DNA of 64,000 bases from Paraphysomonas bandaiensis (taxonomy: Eukaryota > Protista > Chrysophyceae), in assembly GCA_965644295.1 (NCBI GenBank), contig CBFFRP010000425.1:111187-175186 (forward strand). Direction: 5' to 3'. A program made the position numbers and the translations under genes. Numbering within the stretch: position 1 is the first letter of the stretch; every line of letters begins with the position of its first letter. Under the pieces are notes generated by a model. The model saw nothing but the letters and a program-made list of their open reading frames with translations, had not been told where the DNA came from and searched no databases. Positions 13,047-24,879 of the stretch are shown here, piece after piece.

Positions 13047-13670
13047 TATAAAACGAATTAATATGTTCATTAAGGTTCAAGTCTTTTGGCGGGTACAACT
13101 TTGATATTATCGATTAAATACTATCTGTTTTGAATTACACGAATCCTTGCTTTGTCATATCGAGTTTAAGCCTCTTTTCGATACTCATATTATAACGGGT
13201 GGTATTAAATCCGAGTTTTACCACGTCACTTCGGAGTATCTAATCTAATACATGTATATTGTTGCCTTTATCTGCAGTTATTTTTTTTGTAATAACCATC
13301 TGACGTCTAATTATTGAATAGAAAATAAAATTGTCAACAGACAAGTTGTTTTACTACTTGATGGCGTTTTGCTAGTCACCCTTGGTTGATCAGATGCTGA
13401 TACTTGTATTGAGCAAATGAAGCAGAGGACTAAAAGCTTATAATACGAATCAGATACTGATGCTAATGTGCAATTATTTAGCACCAACCAAGTACATTAA
13501 TCTAGTAGAAGTTAATATTGATATATGACTCCAATATAACATCACTTTGAAAGTAAACTGTTCCACACACACTATAATATTTGCATCATCAATAACATCT
13601 AACCGAAAATAGGAAGTGCTTCATTGTGAAGGCACTGAATCCACCACTCAGCTCGAATCTAAGAACTCTA

Positions 13671-15392
13671 CTAACCCCATATTCTAAACGTAGCATCTGA
13701 TGATCCGCTAACCATAAATGCATCATTCGGAGAGAGGCCTACACATTGGACTGCATCGTCATGTCCAGTCAACTGATTTAGCACACCGAAGTTCTGTAGG
13801 TCTAAAACCTTCACTGATCCATCGTCAGATGCACAGACAGCCCTCATTCCACTGCGATCTAGAGAAAGTTTATTTATTGGGTAAGAACCTGTTTCCACAG
13901 AACCTAGTTCAGATACCATTCGGATGTCCCATACCTTGACCACGCCGTCTGCATCACATGAAGCAATGGTATCTCCTCGATTGGACACGGCGAGGTCATT
14001 GCAAGAGTTGGAATGTCCATAGAGAGTCTGCACACACAGACCAGAGCGTGCGTCCCACACAGACACAGTTTTGTCACCTGAGGCGGTACAGGCGTTATTT
14101 GAGAACGGTTGCCACTTCACCGCATTCACACTGTCTACATGTCCTCTGAGACTCTGTCTGCAGCGACCGGATATGACGTCCCATATACGCACCGTATGAT
14201 CCATAGAGCAGCTTGCAATAAAGTCTCCGCCATGATGAAACTCACATCCCCATACAGCTTGTGTGTGCTCGGTAAATGTGTGTGTGCATCGTGCTTGTGC
14301 GAACTCCCATATCTTAACAGTGCTATCGCCGGAAGAGGTGGCAAGATGTGACCCGTGTGGGTGAAAGTGCAGCCCCGAGACCCAACTTGTGTGTCCTTCC
14401 CCAGACATAACAAGATCGCTGTCGGGAGCAGTCCACAGGCGCCAGGTTTCATCATCACTGGCAGTCGCAAAGATGGGCTTCTTTGGGTGAAAAGCAACTG
14501 CAGCTATAGAGTTCAAATGGCCTTTGTAGGTCTTCCGTGTTTTGAACTTGTTAGCTACGCATGGATCGAACTCTACCGTAGAAAAGGGATTAATAACGGA
14601 ATCAGGAGGGAACACAGCCTCCTTCCGTACAGTCCGAGTAGCACTTCGTGCTTTCGGAGTCGGTGACGTATCCTCCTCTGGTCGACTCAAGTTAGCCACC
14701 TGTTCCTCTAATACCTTCACTTTCGCTTTCAGTCGATCGCGCTCCAATTTGATAAGCATTTTTTCTTTCAGGGCAGCCTGGTGTTTTCCTTTCAGTTCAT
14801 CTATCATCGGCTCATAAGACCTTAAGTGGTTGCGAACTCTCTTTAGGTCCTTTATGAGGTTATTTTTTTCCTGTACAACACGTTTATGGTGCATCCTATG
14901 GAAATCTCGCTCCTTTCGAAACTTATCCCAAGTAGCCTGGGCCCGACCTGCAACTTGGCGCATCTTATCCACCTGCTCTCGCAATACGCGAGCCTGTTGG
15001 TCAAGTTCGTCATTTCTCAAATATATATCTGGTACAGCTGATGCTATTTCCGCTGGTAGACGCCCTTTAGATTGCATCTCATACCACTCTGCATTAAAGC
15101 AGTCCAATGTTCGTTTCATACCAGCCTTAATAAGAAAGTTTCTAACAAAATCATCTACTACCGAGGGGCGAACTTGAGTCACAGGAGATGTCGACACATT
15201 AGATCTCTCAGTGGTTGAAGTGGACCGCTTTATATTAATAGATGCAAGAGCGTCAGCTAGATCATCATCTTCGTCATCATCATCATCTGGTTCTTCGGTC
15301 ACCACTTCATATTGAAAGTCGTCCTCGTCGTCACTAATTTCAGCGCGCTCTAGAACTTGAATGCCATCCTCAGGACGAAACGAGTCTGTCAT
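13671..15392 (-). CDS. SPAG16: Central-pair WD40 protein PF20/SPAG16 (intronless)
   Basis: VVDDFVRNFLIK..TLDCFNAEWYE and RKERDFHRMHHKRVVQEKN coiled coil, followed by about seven WD40 repeats. Confidence 0.93.
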   Translation of the reverse strand: MTDSFRPEDGIQVLERAEISDDEDDFQYEVVTEEPDDDDDEDDDLADALASINIKRSTSTTERSNVSTSPVTQVRPSVVDDFVRNFLIKAGMKRTLDCFNAEWYEMQSKGRLPAEIASAVPDIYLRNDELDQQARVLREQVDKMRQVAGRAQATWDKFRKERDFHRMHHKRVVQEKNNLIKDLKRVRNHLRSYEPMIDELKGKHQAALKEKMLIKLERDRLKAKVKVLEEQVANLSRPEEDTSPTPKARSATRTVRKEAVFPPDSVINPFSTVEFDPCVANKFKTRKTYKGHLNSIAAVAFHPKKPIFATASDDETWRLWTAPDSDLVMSGEGHTSWVSGLHFHPHGSHLATSSGDSTVKIWEFAQARCTHTFTEHTQAVWGCEFHHGGDFIASCSMDHTVRIWDVISGRCRQSLRGHVDSVNAVKWQPFSNNACTASGDKTVSVWDARSGLCVQTLYGHSNSCNDLAVSNRGDTIASCDADGVVKVWDIRMVSELGSVETGSYPINKLSLDRSGMRAVCASDDGSVKVLDLQNFGVLNQLTGHDDAVQCVGLSPNDAFMVSGSSDATFRIWG

Positions 15393-15683
15393 CTTCTGCT
15401 AATTGGTACTGCAGCAACTATAATTAAGCAATAACTATACGTCTAATTGACAGCTGACATGCACAATGCATGAAATCGTCGTATAATAGAATAGGGGGGC
15501 TCACTTGAGGGACAACCATACGGCTCTTTCATCTACATAAAAACAAACACCTTTCTTGCCGTTTCAACAACTGACACATAGACTACTCATCCAATCATAA
15601 AACGAGAAATAAGTGCAGAGTCGCTCCATTCGTTATAAAAAAGAGAGATTTTTAGATACAGATTTTTAAAAAAAGCAGCATTT

Positions 15684-16392
15684 CATACATACATACATAC
15701 TGTACATACATACATACATACATACATACATACATACATACATACATACATACATACATACATACATACATACATACATACATACATACATACATACATA
15801 CATACATACATACATACATACATACATACATACATACATACATACATACATACATACATACATACATACATACATACATACATACATACATACATACATA
15901 CATACATACATACATACATACATACATACATACATACATACATACATACATACATACATACATACATACATACATACATACATACATACATACATACATA
16001 CATACATACATACATACATACATACATACATACATACATACATACATACATACATACATACATACATACATACATACATACATACATACATACATACATA
16101 CATACATACATACATACATACATACATACATACATACATACATACATACATACATACACACATACATACATACATACATACATACATACATACATACATA
16201 CATACATACATACATACATACATACATACATACATACATACATACATACATACATACATACATACATACATACATACATACATACATACATACATACATA
16301 CATACATACATACACACATACATACATACATACATACATACATACATACATACATACATACATACATGCATACATACATACATACATACATA
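15684..16392. repeat. (CATA)n microsatellite, ~177 units, few variant units
   Basis: Directly visible; occasional CACA/CATG variants. Confidence 0.99.
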
Positions 16393-16445
16393 TCGTGATC
16401 ATTCTATTGTTTATTGTACGTATACATCACAGACAGTAAAGAAGC

Positions 16446-17720
16446 ATGTCCATCCGTGAGCAAACATCAGTCGCTCTATTTGAGCATGACCGGAATGGGG
16501 ATACTCTCTGTGTGTGGACTTATCCAGGTACATGTATATATATACATACATACCTGTGCTTGACTCCTATGCTCCACAGGGGTGTCTCCTACCATCCAAT
16601 CTCTATGCAAGAGAAGATGTTCAGACGAAGGAAGTGAGAAACGAAGCTTCTTTTTCAGATATAAGACGGAGTGGGTGTATGTGGTCTCTGTGCCTGCGCT
16701 GAAGGACGTCACGCCTGATGTTGAGTCGGTATCCCTGTGTCTCGTATCCAAAATATATAACCCTGAAAAATATGAAGCTATGATAAATATTTTGATTGAA
16801 CAGTATTTAACAACTGGTGATCCCACTAAACTACTGGAAGGTTAACTTATAAGTTTGTCTTGTGCTATTTTTATATAAATGCCAGGTTACCTCAGTGTTT
16901 ATACCACTGGCAAGTTTTCAAAGGGAAAGCTGTCCTTCGACATGGACAGCTATGTTGACTCGAAAGCCATGATAGCAGGAAGTTGTCTGAAGGATATTTC
17001 TCGGTATTATATTGGAAAATTTCCTTTGTCACCGTCATCAATTCGTGCAGAATGCTGGGCGTTGATGCTGTAGTTTTATGGAATGCAGTGCTATTAAAGA
17101 AGAGAATTCTCGTTGTATGTGACAACCTACCGAAACTATTGGCCGTTGTTCGTACCCTACCTCAGCTGGCATGGCACAGGTGTACAGTGTGAAATATAGT
17201 TTTATGTGATGTGTGCTTACCGGAGTCGTCCTCTTTTTCAGAAAAGACTGGAGCATACTGCGTCCTCTGGTCTCAAGCGATCAAGAATACTTAGATGACC
17301 TTGCATCATGTGGTGTGTTTATTGCCGGCACAACAGACCCTACTCTTTCGACCGCCGCTAGTACTTTATTCGACGTGGTGTTTTCAGTGCTCGACAGGCG
17401 GGTTATAGTTGCCGAGTCTGTTGCTGCTGACATGCGTATGGGATCTGTACATCGCGATATCTCTCAGGTAGGGCACCTTGCTTCCATGTTATTAGCGCTC
17501 ATAGATATTGTAGATATTGACTGATGCAGAGTCAAATCCCGAGATGTCGGATCAGGATCTTATTAAGGCTGTCGCTGTGAAGACGGAAAAAATGGTCAAA
17601 AACCTCCAGTCGCTTGCAGGTGATTCAAAATTGACCGAAGCTATAATTAAAGAAAATGTCGCCAATGAATCGATGCAGCAGTGGCTTTGTAGAGTTGCTA
17701 TAGCTGAAGGAATGCTCTGA
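16446..17720 (+). CDS. DENND10: FAM45/DENND10 DENN-like protein, multi-exon
   Basis: FEHDRNGDTLCVWTYP, LVSKIYNPEKY, LWNAVLLKKRILV and VRTLPQLAWHR.DWSILRP; joined by short GT-AG introns. Confidence 0.85.
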
Positions 17721-18543
17721 TTCTGTTTAGTGTGTATTGCTGATGTACGATTCGTAATAGCTGTGAAAAATTTAGACATTATTAATTGACGGACTTTTTG
17801 TGTCGGGATGCACTGCATTCTTATTGAGTGCGAATACCTTTTACAGAGTTGAAAGTCTTTCTGGTAATAAAATGTACAATACTTTGAAGCAAATATGCCG
17901 CATGCCGCGTAATGCGTAATAGGTGTTGGTAAAAGTGTTTTCTCTGGGCGTGTTTTGCCGTTCGCGCCATGTTTCATGTAGCAGTACATATAGACATATA
18001 GTTAGACGCTGATAATTATGGAACCTACTCCGAATGACCTATTTTATCCCTTATGTTTCATAATTTATAGTGTAGATTCTATAAGTATTGTGTCATGGTA
18101 TTAGAATGTATAGGAGTGAAAAGTGAATGTATTTAGTACAAGTGGTATCACGTATCATACAAAAACCACACTATACACTTGTATCCTTCAGATATACAAT
18201 TGGCGAAAAGTGAATACAAATCCATATGATATGAAGGTAGGAACGGAAATATCATGTCAATAGTATTGATCCTACAGCGCTACAGAGCAGGTATTTAACT
18301 GAAAGGTGAAAGGTCATAAGAAGTCAGAAGTGCAAAAAAAGAAATGAAATCAAAATAGTTCTAGAACATTTACTTCCTCAGTTTAATAATGCGCAGAGAA
18401 ATATAAAAAATCTAATGCAAACTACTGCGCGATGCCACTGCTACGAGAGAGAATGTGATCATCTAGCGAATAGAGGAGCGCCAGGAAATAACCTCACTTT
18501 CTCTGCAGAAAATGATACACCACACTTGTCTTGACTAGTATAT

Positions 18544-19421
18544 CTACCCCTGAAAAGGAGTCAGCGATCCATTTTCAAGGAAGAATATTGCGCTTGGGTC
18601 GACCTGCGATTAGAGTTCATTTTAGACGCAAAATTGGAATATTATATAACTAACTCACATTGAACTTCTCGACCAGTAAACTAGGCAGGTCGAAACTCAC
18701 ATCTCCTTGAATCACAACCTAAAACGTATTGGGGTTACAGTGAACCAGATAATTAATTATGATAAGTAAACCTCTTTAGCCCCGGTTGCTCCTTCATTTA
18801 TTGAGGATCCGGACGAAAATTTTTTGCCAAATGCTTTGGAAGCGTCTTTAATCTTCAGGCCTGAACAAAACACAGTGAATGGAAAAGTACAACACGGGAT
18901 TACCAGCCATACCAGGGACAGTTTCTAATCCAGCTACAACTGTTACAAATTTTCTCTTTTGTCGTTGCACCTTCGCAATTACTACCCGGGTATCTACCTC
19001 GTTGACAGTAGCTTTCTTAAGTTTGGGTCCCCCACCGCGTTTGCTCTTTTTCTTCTTCTCAGTTTCAACTACGACCTGAACGCAACATCAATCATTACTT
19101 AGTGAATACTTCATATAGCAAGACCAACCCCTTCAACCGGTTCACCGTCATCGTCAACAGACACTTTCGCAACCATCTGAGCAGCGTAAGAGATTGTATA
19201 CAATGCCACGTGTAGTGTACCTGTGCCAAGACTTCTTCACTGAGCACCTCCGGCATGTTCTTAGCTATCCAAGGCAGGCACTCCTCAAAGCATGGGCCGT
19301 ATTCACAATACTCTGGAGGGAGTGTGCACTTGGGACAATACTGTACATGCAAAGGGTCCCCTAGAGCTAATGACTCGCCCTTCAACTCACTCTCTTGAGA
19401 CTCACTTACGAAATCTGACAT
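18544..19421 (-). CDS. DENR: Density-regulated protein (translation re-initiation factor, SUI1 domain), multi-exon
   Basis: VQYCPKCTLPPEYCEY zinc motif, RQKRKFVTVVAGLE, DASKAFGKKFSSGSS and VIQGD. An alternative last exon ending near 18464 is possible. Confidence 0.9.
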
Positions 19422-20005
19422 GTAACTAAAGAATAATAGCACAGAACGAGAGGATTATTAGATATGACGATCAGTTCTCGTCCTCTTAATGGTGATGGTT
19501 ATATATGTATATGTACATGTAGAAGTAGTATGTGTGTGTGTAGGGGTGGGTATACCAGTGCAGGCAAGCGTCCGGGAAAGGGAACCGCGTTATATCGCGA
19601 GTAGCATAAACTATACAGCAGTATACACTGTACAAAATACACTGTATTTTACATTTCCATTTCTGCAGAACTACATGAAAATACCGTTGTATCCTGATTA
19701 ACACACAAAACTGAATTATGTTCCCCCTCAAGATATATCCCACATGGCGGTTACATATATACGGCTGTACGCACGCATCGCTCTCTACGTATATGATCTA
19801 GACATCCCTCCATATCCCTATATACGTCTACGGGGTTGTTAGATGCACGTTATAAGCGCAGTTAGATTCGTACCACATTCTCATACATCAATCAGTTGTT
19901 TGAGTGCAGAACCTATTAGCAGTCTGCATATAACAACTAGAGGGCTGCATCTGTCGCATCGCATCACACAGTTATTACTGTAACTATCATATCTATATAA
20001 CTACA

Positions 20006-21734
20006 ATGGACAGCAAGAGAACACCCCGATATCATAAAGTTGGGCATAACTCAAGTGTTGATGAGTCATTGTTCGGTAAGAGTCCTCGATCTGCTACTAA
20101 TGGCCGGTAAGTGCTACATATATGTATATATACAGGCAGGGAGCATCTTGTTATCATGTCTCGTGATTATCATATTTTATATGTGATCATTGTTATGCTT
20201 GTGGTGTGATGTGTTGTTGGTCTGACATATATCTTATATACCAGATCTCGCAAGGTAGTTACTGCGCCTATTCCGGCAAATTCAGTTGTTTTATCTACTG
20301 CAGAATTGAATCGTTTAAAGGTTATCAGCTATTATTAAATGTCATTGCATAGACATGTGACACGTTTACTATAGAACGCAGCGACTATTAAAACTGAAGA
20401 GGAGCTCCGTCAAGAGCGAGAGGCGGCTCTGAGACAACAAGAGGAACGAGAAAAAATATCTCGAGATCGAAAAGCAAGAATGATTGCGTTGGAAGAAAAG
20501 GCCAAAAAAAATGCCAAGAAATCAGATGCTGAGCTTGCGAAGGCAGCTCGTGATCAAGCGATTCGGGAGATGGCCGAAGAAAAACTTGTTGATGAGACAG
20601 ATTTGGTGAAAATGTTGACGACATTGGGTGCACGCGCAGCGGCATTTACTATTCGTGACAGGCAATTGGAGGAGAAGAAGAAGCGTGAGGAAGCTGAACT
20701 AGAATATGATCGACGATTGGACATGATGATGGAAGTTGACAGATTGAAAGATTTGCAGAGAAGAGATGAGGAGGAAAATTACAAACGTAGCAAGCGTTTT
20801 GAAGACCGAAAGGTTATCACAGAGCAAATCGAGGAGAGGAGAAGAATGAAGTTGATTGCTGCGGAGGCGAGAGAGCAGGAAAATATTGCCATGCGCAACA
20901 TGATTCAGAAGTACGCTGAGGAAGACAAGCGCACAGCAGAAAAGCGCAGAGCCGAAGTTGAACGCAGTCGACTTGAAGTGCTGGCTGCAAACGAGAAGGC
21001 AATTCAGCGAAAGAAAGATGCCAAATTACAAGAGAAAATGGAGATGGATGAGATACTCAGGTATCAGGCACAGCGTGACGCTGAGCTTGCTCGGCGGGAG
21101 GAAGAGGAGGCTCGGAAGGAGTTACTGAAGAAGGAACAGCAAGCGAAACTTCTCGCCAGTCAGGAGCGGTCGCAGAACAAGCAAGCGGAGTTGGATGAGT
21201 TACGTGCTCGACGTGCAGCAGAAGCTCATGACCGAAAGATAAGGGAGCAGGAGAGAGAGATGGCGAGAAAACGTAAGGCAGAGTTACAGGAGCTTACTCA
21301 AGCGCGTACCAGACAGGCTGAGGAGAAGAAAAACCGCATGCAAGCTCAGAAGGATGCAGATTTGATAGAGATTGAGCATGCCAAAGCGTACGCTGCAAAA
21401 ATGGCAGAAAGAGAGGCACGTGAAGAGGCACATAAGGCGAGACTTGCGAATGAACATCGCGAAAATATCAGAATTCAGATTGAAGAGGCCGAGCAGCAGA
21501 GAGCAAGGTGAGTTAATTGTGTATGATGTTGATCATTGGTGATATCTTGTTCTTAGAGAGCGCCTCGCTAAGTATGACGACGGTGCTGCCAATAGACAGA
21601 AGTTTGTTCAGGATCAAGCACGGTTGGAGGCTATTCGCGAGAAAATGGTGCGGGATCTGGAAGAAAAAGGAGTGAACCCGAATTATTTGTCAGAAATGAA
21701 GAACGTAGACATCAAGAAAATTCTCAACAGATAA
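20006..21734 (+). CDS. CFAP45: Cilia- and flagella-associated protein 45 (TPH coiled coil)
   Basis: N-terminal SSVDESLFG, long E/R/K coiled coil, QAELDELRARRAAE, C-terminal KMVRDLEEKGVNPNYL; three introns. Confidence 0.88.
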
Positions 21735-22610
21735 AGTGGCGGAGTTTACATGTAGTATAGGTACAATACAATTTTGTTGTAAGAAATCCAACATTTGTTA
21801 TAGCTTATATGATAATATTGAGCTGATAGATTGTATTATACTAATGGCTGTCTTCAAGTGTGGTGCGAATGTTTATTGCTGAAGTCATAAATTTATATGT
21901 TAATAATAATGTGGCGAATACACATAGGATTGTATAGGGATCGTATACACTCTTCGCCGTATCATAACATGAAGTAACTGTTTATTTTCCCTATGAATGA
22001 CTTTAAATTCATTCCCATAATAGAGCAGCTGAAGTGGAAATATTAACTACAATACTAGTATTATATATATAAAGATACATGAGTATATCATATTATATCC
22101 ATATTAAGCTATATGACCAAATTGGTTCTACAGTAGTTTATTATAGTAAGTGTGAATAGAAGTAAGTGTTACTAAGTCTTACAGAATACAGAAATACTTC
22201 ATAACTCTACCAGAATTTACAGGCCTAAAATTTAGAAACTTGCATAAACGACCAAGATTCAAACGAAGACTACCAGCACACTTGATTCATACGTTGAGGG
22301 GAATAATTCCTACGTAATGGGGAAGCTGAAGGTGTAACCGAAACCGTATCATTTGGTGATGGAATCACCAATAGGAGCTGCACAGGTGGTGTTTACCAAT
22401 TTACCACTCCTTGTCTGATATTTTTTTCTAATACGAGGGCTTGTAACTGATTTAGAAAAAATCACTAAATAACAAAATAGCAGATTTTCGTATTCACTCC
22501 GCCATGAACGCCTTACAGTGAAAGCTAACACTATTCATTCGATATCAATTATTAACACTATTCAGATATATCACTTTCAGTACACTGAGAAAAGGTTTGC
22601 ACATAAGTAA

Positions 22611-24333
22611 TCAATCGATTTCGTGAATAAGTTTACTATTCGAACCGTTAGATGATCTCGATTCTTGAAGATCAACAGACGGAACTTCTTCCTTTACAGA
22701 TACTATATTCCTGAAGTCTACTGCCAGGCTACTTTCGTTTGTTTTGGCTGCAGTATCAGTCGTGCCTTGAGCTGCAGCCAGCATCTGCTCTTGAAGCGTC
22801 AACTTCCGCGGTTCCTTCGTTCTATCCTTGGTGACTTTTCCCTGCACTGGTTTTGGTTTCGGTTTTGTTCCAAGTTTCTTCGAAAACACAGTTGTTTCAC
22901 GAGGGTTGACCTAATACCAAACCTCAGCAAATCACACGGCAAGTTACAACGCATCAACCTTCGGCATGGTTAGTACCAGGGCTCCTGAGGTCTTGGACCT
23001 TTGACATTTTGTATCTCCTGCACGCACCTCAGACGGGAGTGCAAGCCGCAGTGTCTACATACAAACAAGCACAGGATAAGATGACAAAATACAAAAATTT
23101 TGGCACACCTTTCCCTTGACGATTATGGAGACATAAGTTGGATGCACATCCACGTCAATTAAAGAGCTATCAAGGTGCCGTGGAAGAGACACTTCGAGAA
23201 CTGTTGCCATGATGTGATTAAAATATAATGTAAACATGAGTCCTAACCTATAGACCCTTTTACACCCTCTTCGTCCCAGCTAAACGGGAAGCCTCCCTCG
23301 TTCTTCTGTCGTACTTCACGCTCTCCCATCTCTTCCTCCTTCCTACGTTGAGCAGCCACTGCCTCTGCGTGCTCTTTTTCGTAGTCACGCTCGGGAGGAG
23401 CGTTGGCTCGTGCTCTCTCCGCCTTCTCTCGCTTCTGCTCCGCTATCTCACGATACATCTATGCACAAATAGGTCATATATCATACTCAAGTACGAATAT
23501 ATGTAAGTATACTAACCTCCACTCTGGTTTCAGGAGTGTTCTCAGTGAGCTCCTCATCTTCTCGCACAGGACCTTCATAGTCATCGTCATCGCTACCGAG
23601 CTCTTCCACCACTACATCTCCTCGATGTATAGTCTTCGCTGGAGCCGACCCATCACGACACTTCTCCTCATTCTTAGCTTCTAACTCCGCCCTCTTCGCT
23701 GCAGCTAAGTGTCGCAGTTCCTCCTGTATATACTTTATTTCTGCAGCGAGTAAAACACCCAAACCCATACCTCCATTGCTGGCAGATTCTGAGTGGCAAT
23801 AATTCTCATCGATTTCGTTATCTCCGTTCCGTCCAAAGATTGTAACTGTGGTAGCTTTGCAATAACATATGATTTAAATTTGTCCCAGTTTGCTTCAGCT
23901 GGATTCCCCATCATGTAAAGCTCTCTTAAGCAGTGGCGGGACTGTAGGTGATCAATGCTCTCTTTCAGCTCATCCACATCAATGAAGTTTACAGTCAAAT
24001 CCAGCTTCTTAAGAAATTCACAACTCCTATAAATAGAGATTAAAGTATATCACAGTTTCAACAACACACAACTCACTGCAGCCCTTCGATCTTCCGTATA
24101 TTGTTAAGAGCCAAATTGAGGTACTCGAGATCCTTTAAATGAGTCAGATTCTGTATCTTCGGAATGATATTATTCTGCAAATAGAGAATTTTTATTTTCC
24201 TGCAAGTCACCCCGAGAACCTCATTGATGCCCTCCAGTTCCTCCTGATGCAGAGACACCTCCTCCAGAGTAGATATAATGCCCTCATTGTGCTCTGCTCT
24301 CTTCCTGAGAAGCTCTCTTGTTATCACTGGCAT
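22611..24333 (-). CDS. LRRC6: Dynein assembly factor LRRC6/DNAAF11 (tilB)
   Basis: [56 protein letters not shown], and CS-like C-terminus [15 protein letters not shown]. Confidence 0.93.
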
Positions 24334-24879
24334 AATGATAAATCAATTGATATTATTCACACCACTTTGGAACAAACAGGAGGCTGTGGTGTGTATGTAT
24401 GTGAAGGTCTCTATCTTTTAATGTCTACCTCATAGCGGTCACACACATACATACATACCTCTCCATACCTAACTACTGTACACACAGAGTACATATATAC
24501 GTACAGCAGTAACGGCTCGTTACATACCAAGTCTATACCATGGAATACAGAGTATACTCTACTGTATATATTTCATTCATAGGAAAGTTCTAGATTTTTA
24601 TTCCACCTGTTTTTGGGATGTCCATATGTACACACATGTACGACATGTACGTATGTATGCATGTAGATGCAGCTGTCGTTATGTATGAAAATGTGTGTAG
24701 AGGCATCTGATTTGATGCAACCAGCTGCACATGGAATCATATCAAACCATTCCATCCACACACCTATACAACTATCATCACTCTATACGTTGCAACTGTA
24801 AGAACAATTTCATTGACATCCAGTCCACTTGAACCTCAATAATCCTTATCAGTGTCTATCTATCGATTCATTTATAATT

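Noticed and set aside
15652-16402. MYVC-repeat ORFs of ~240 aa
   Set aside because: Translation artefacts of the (CATA)n array.
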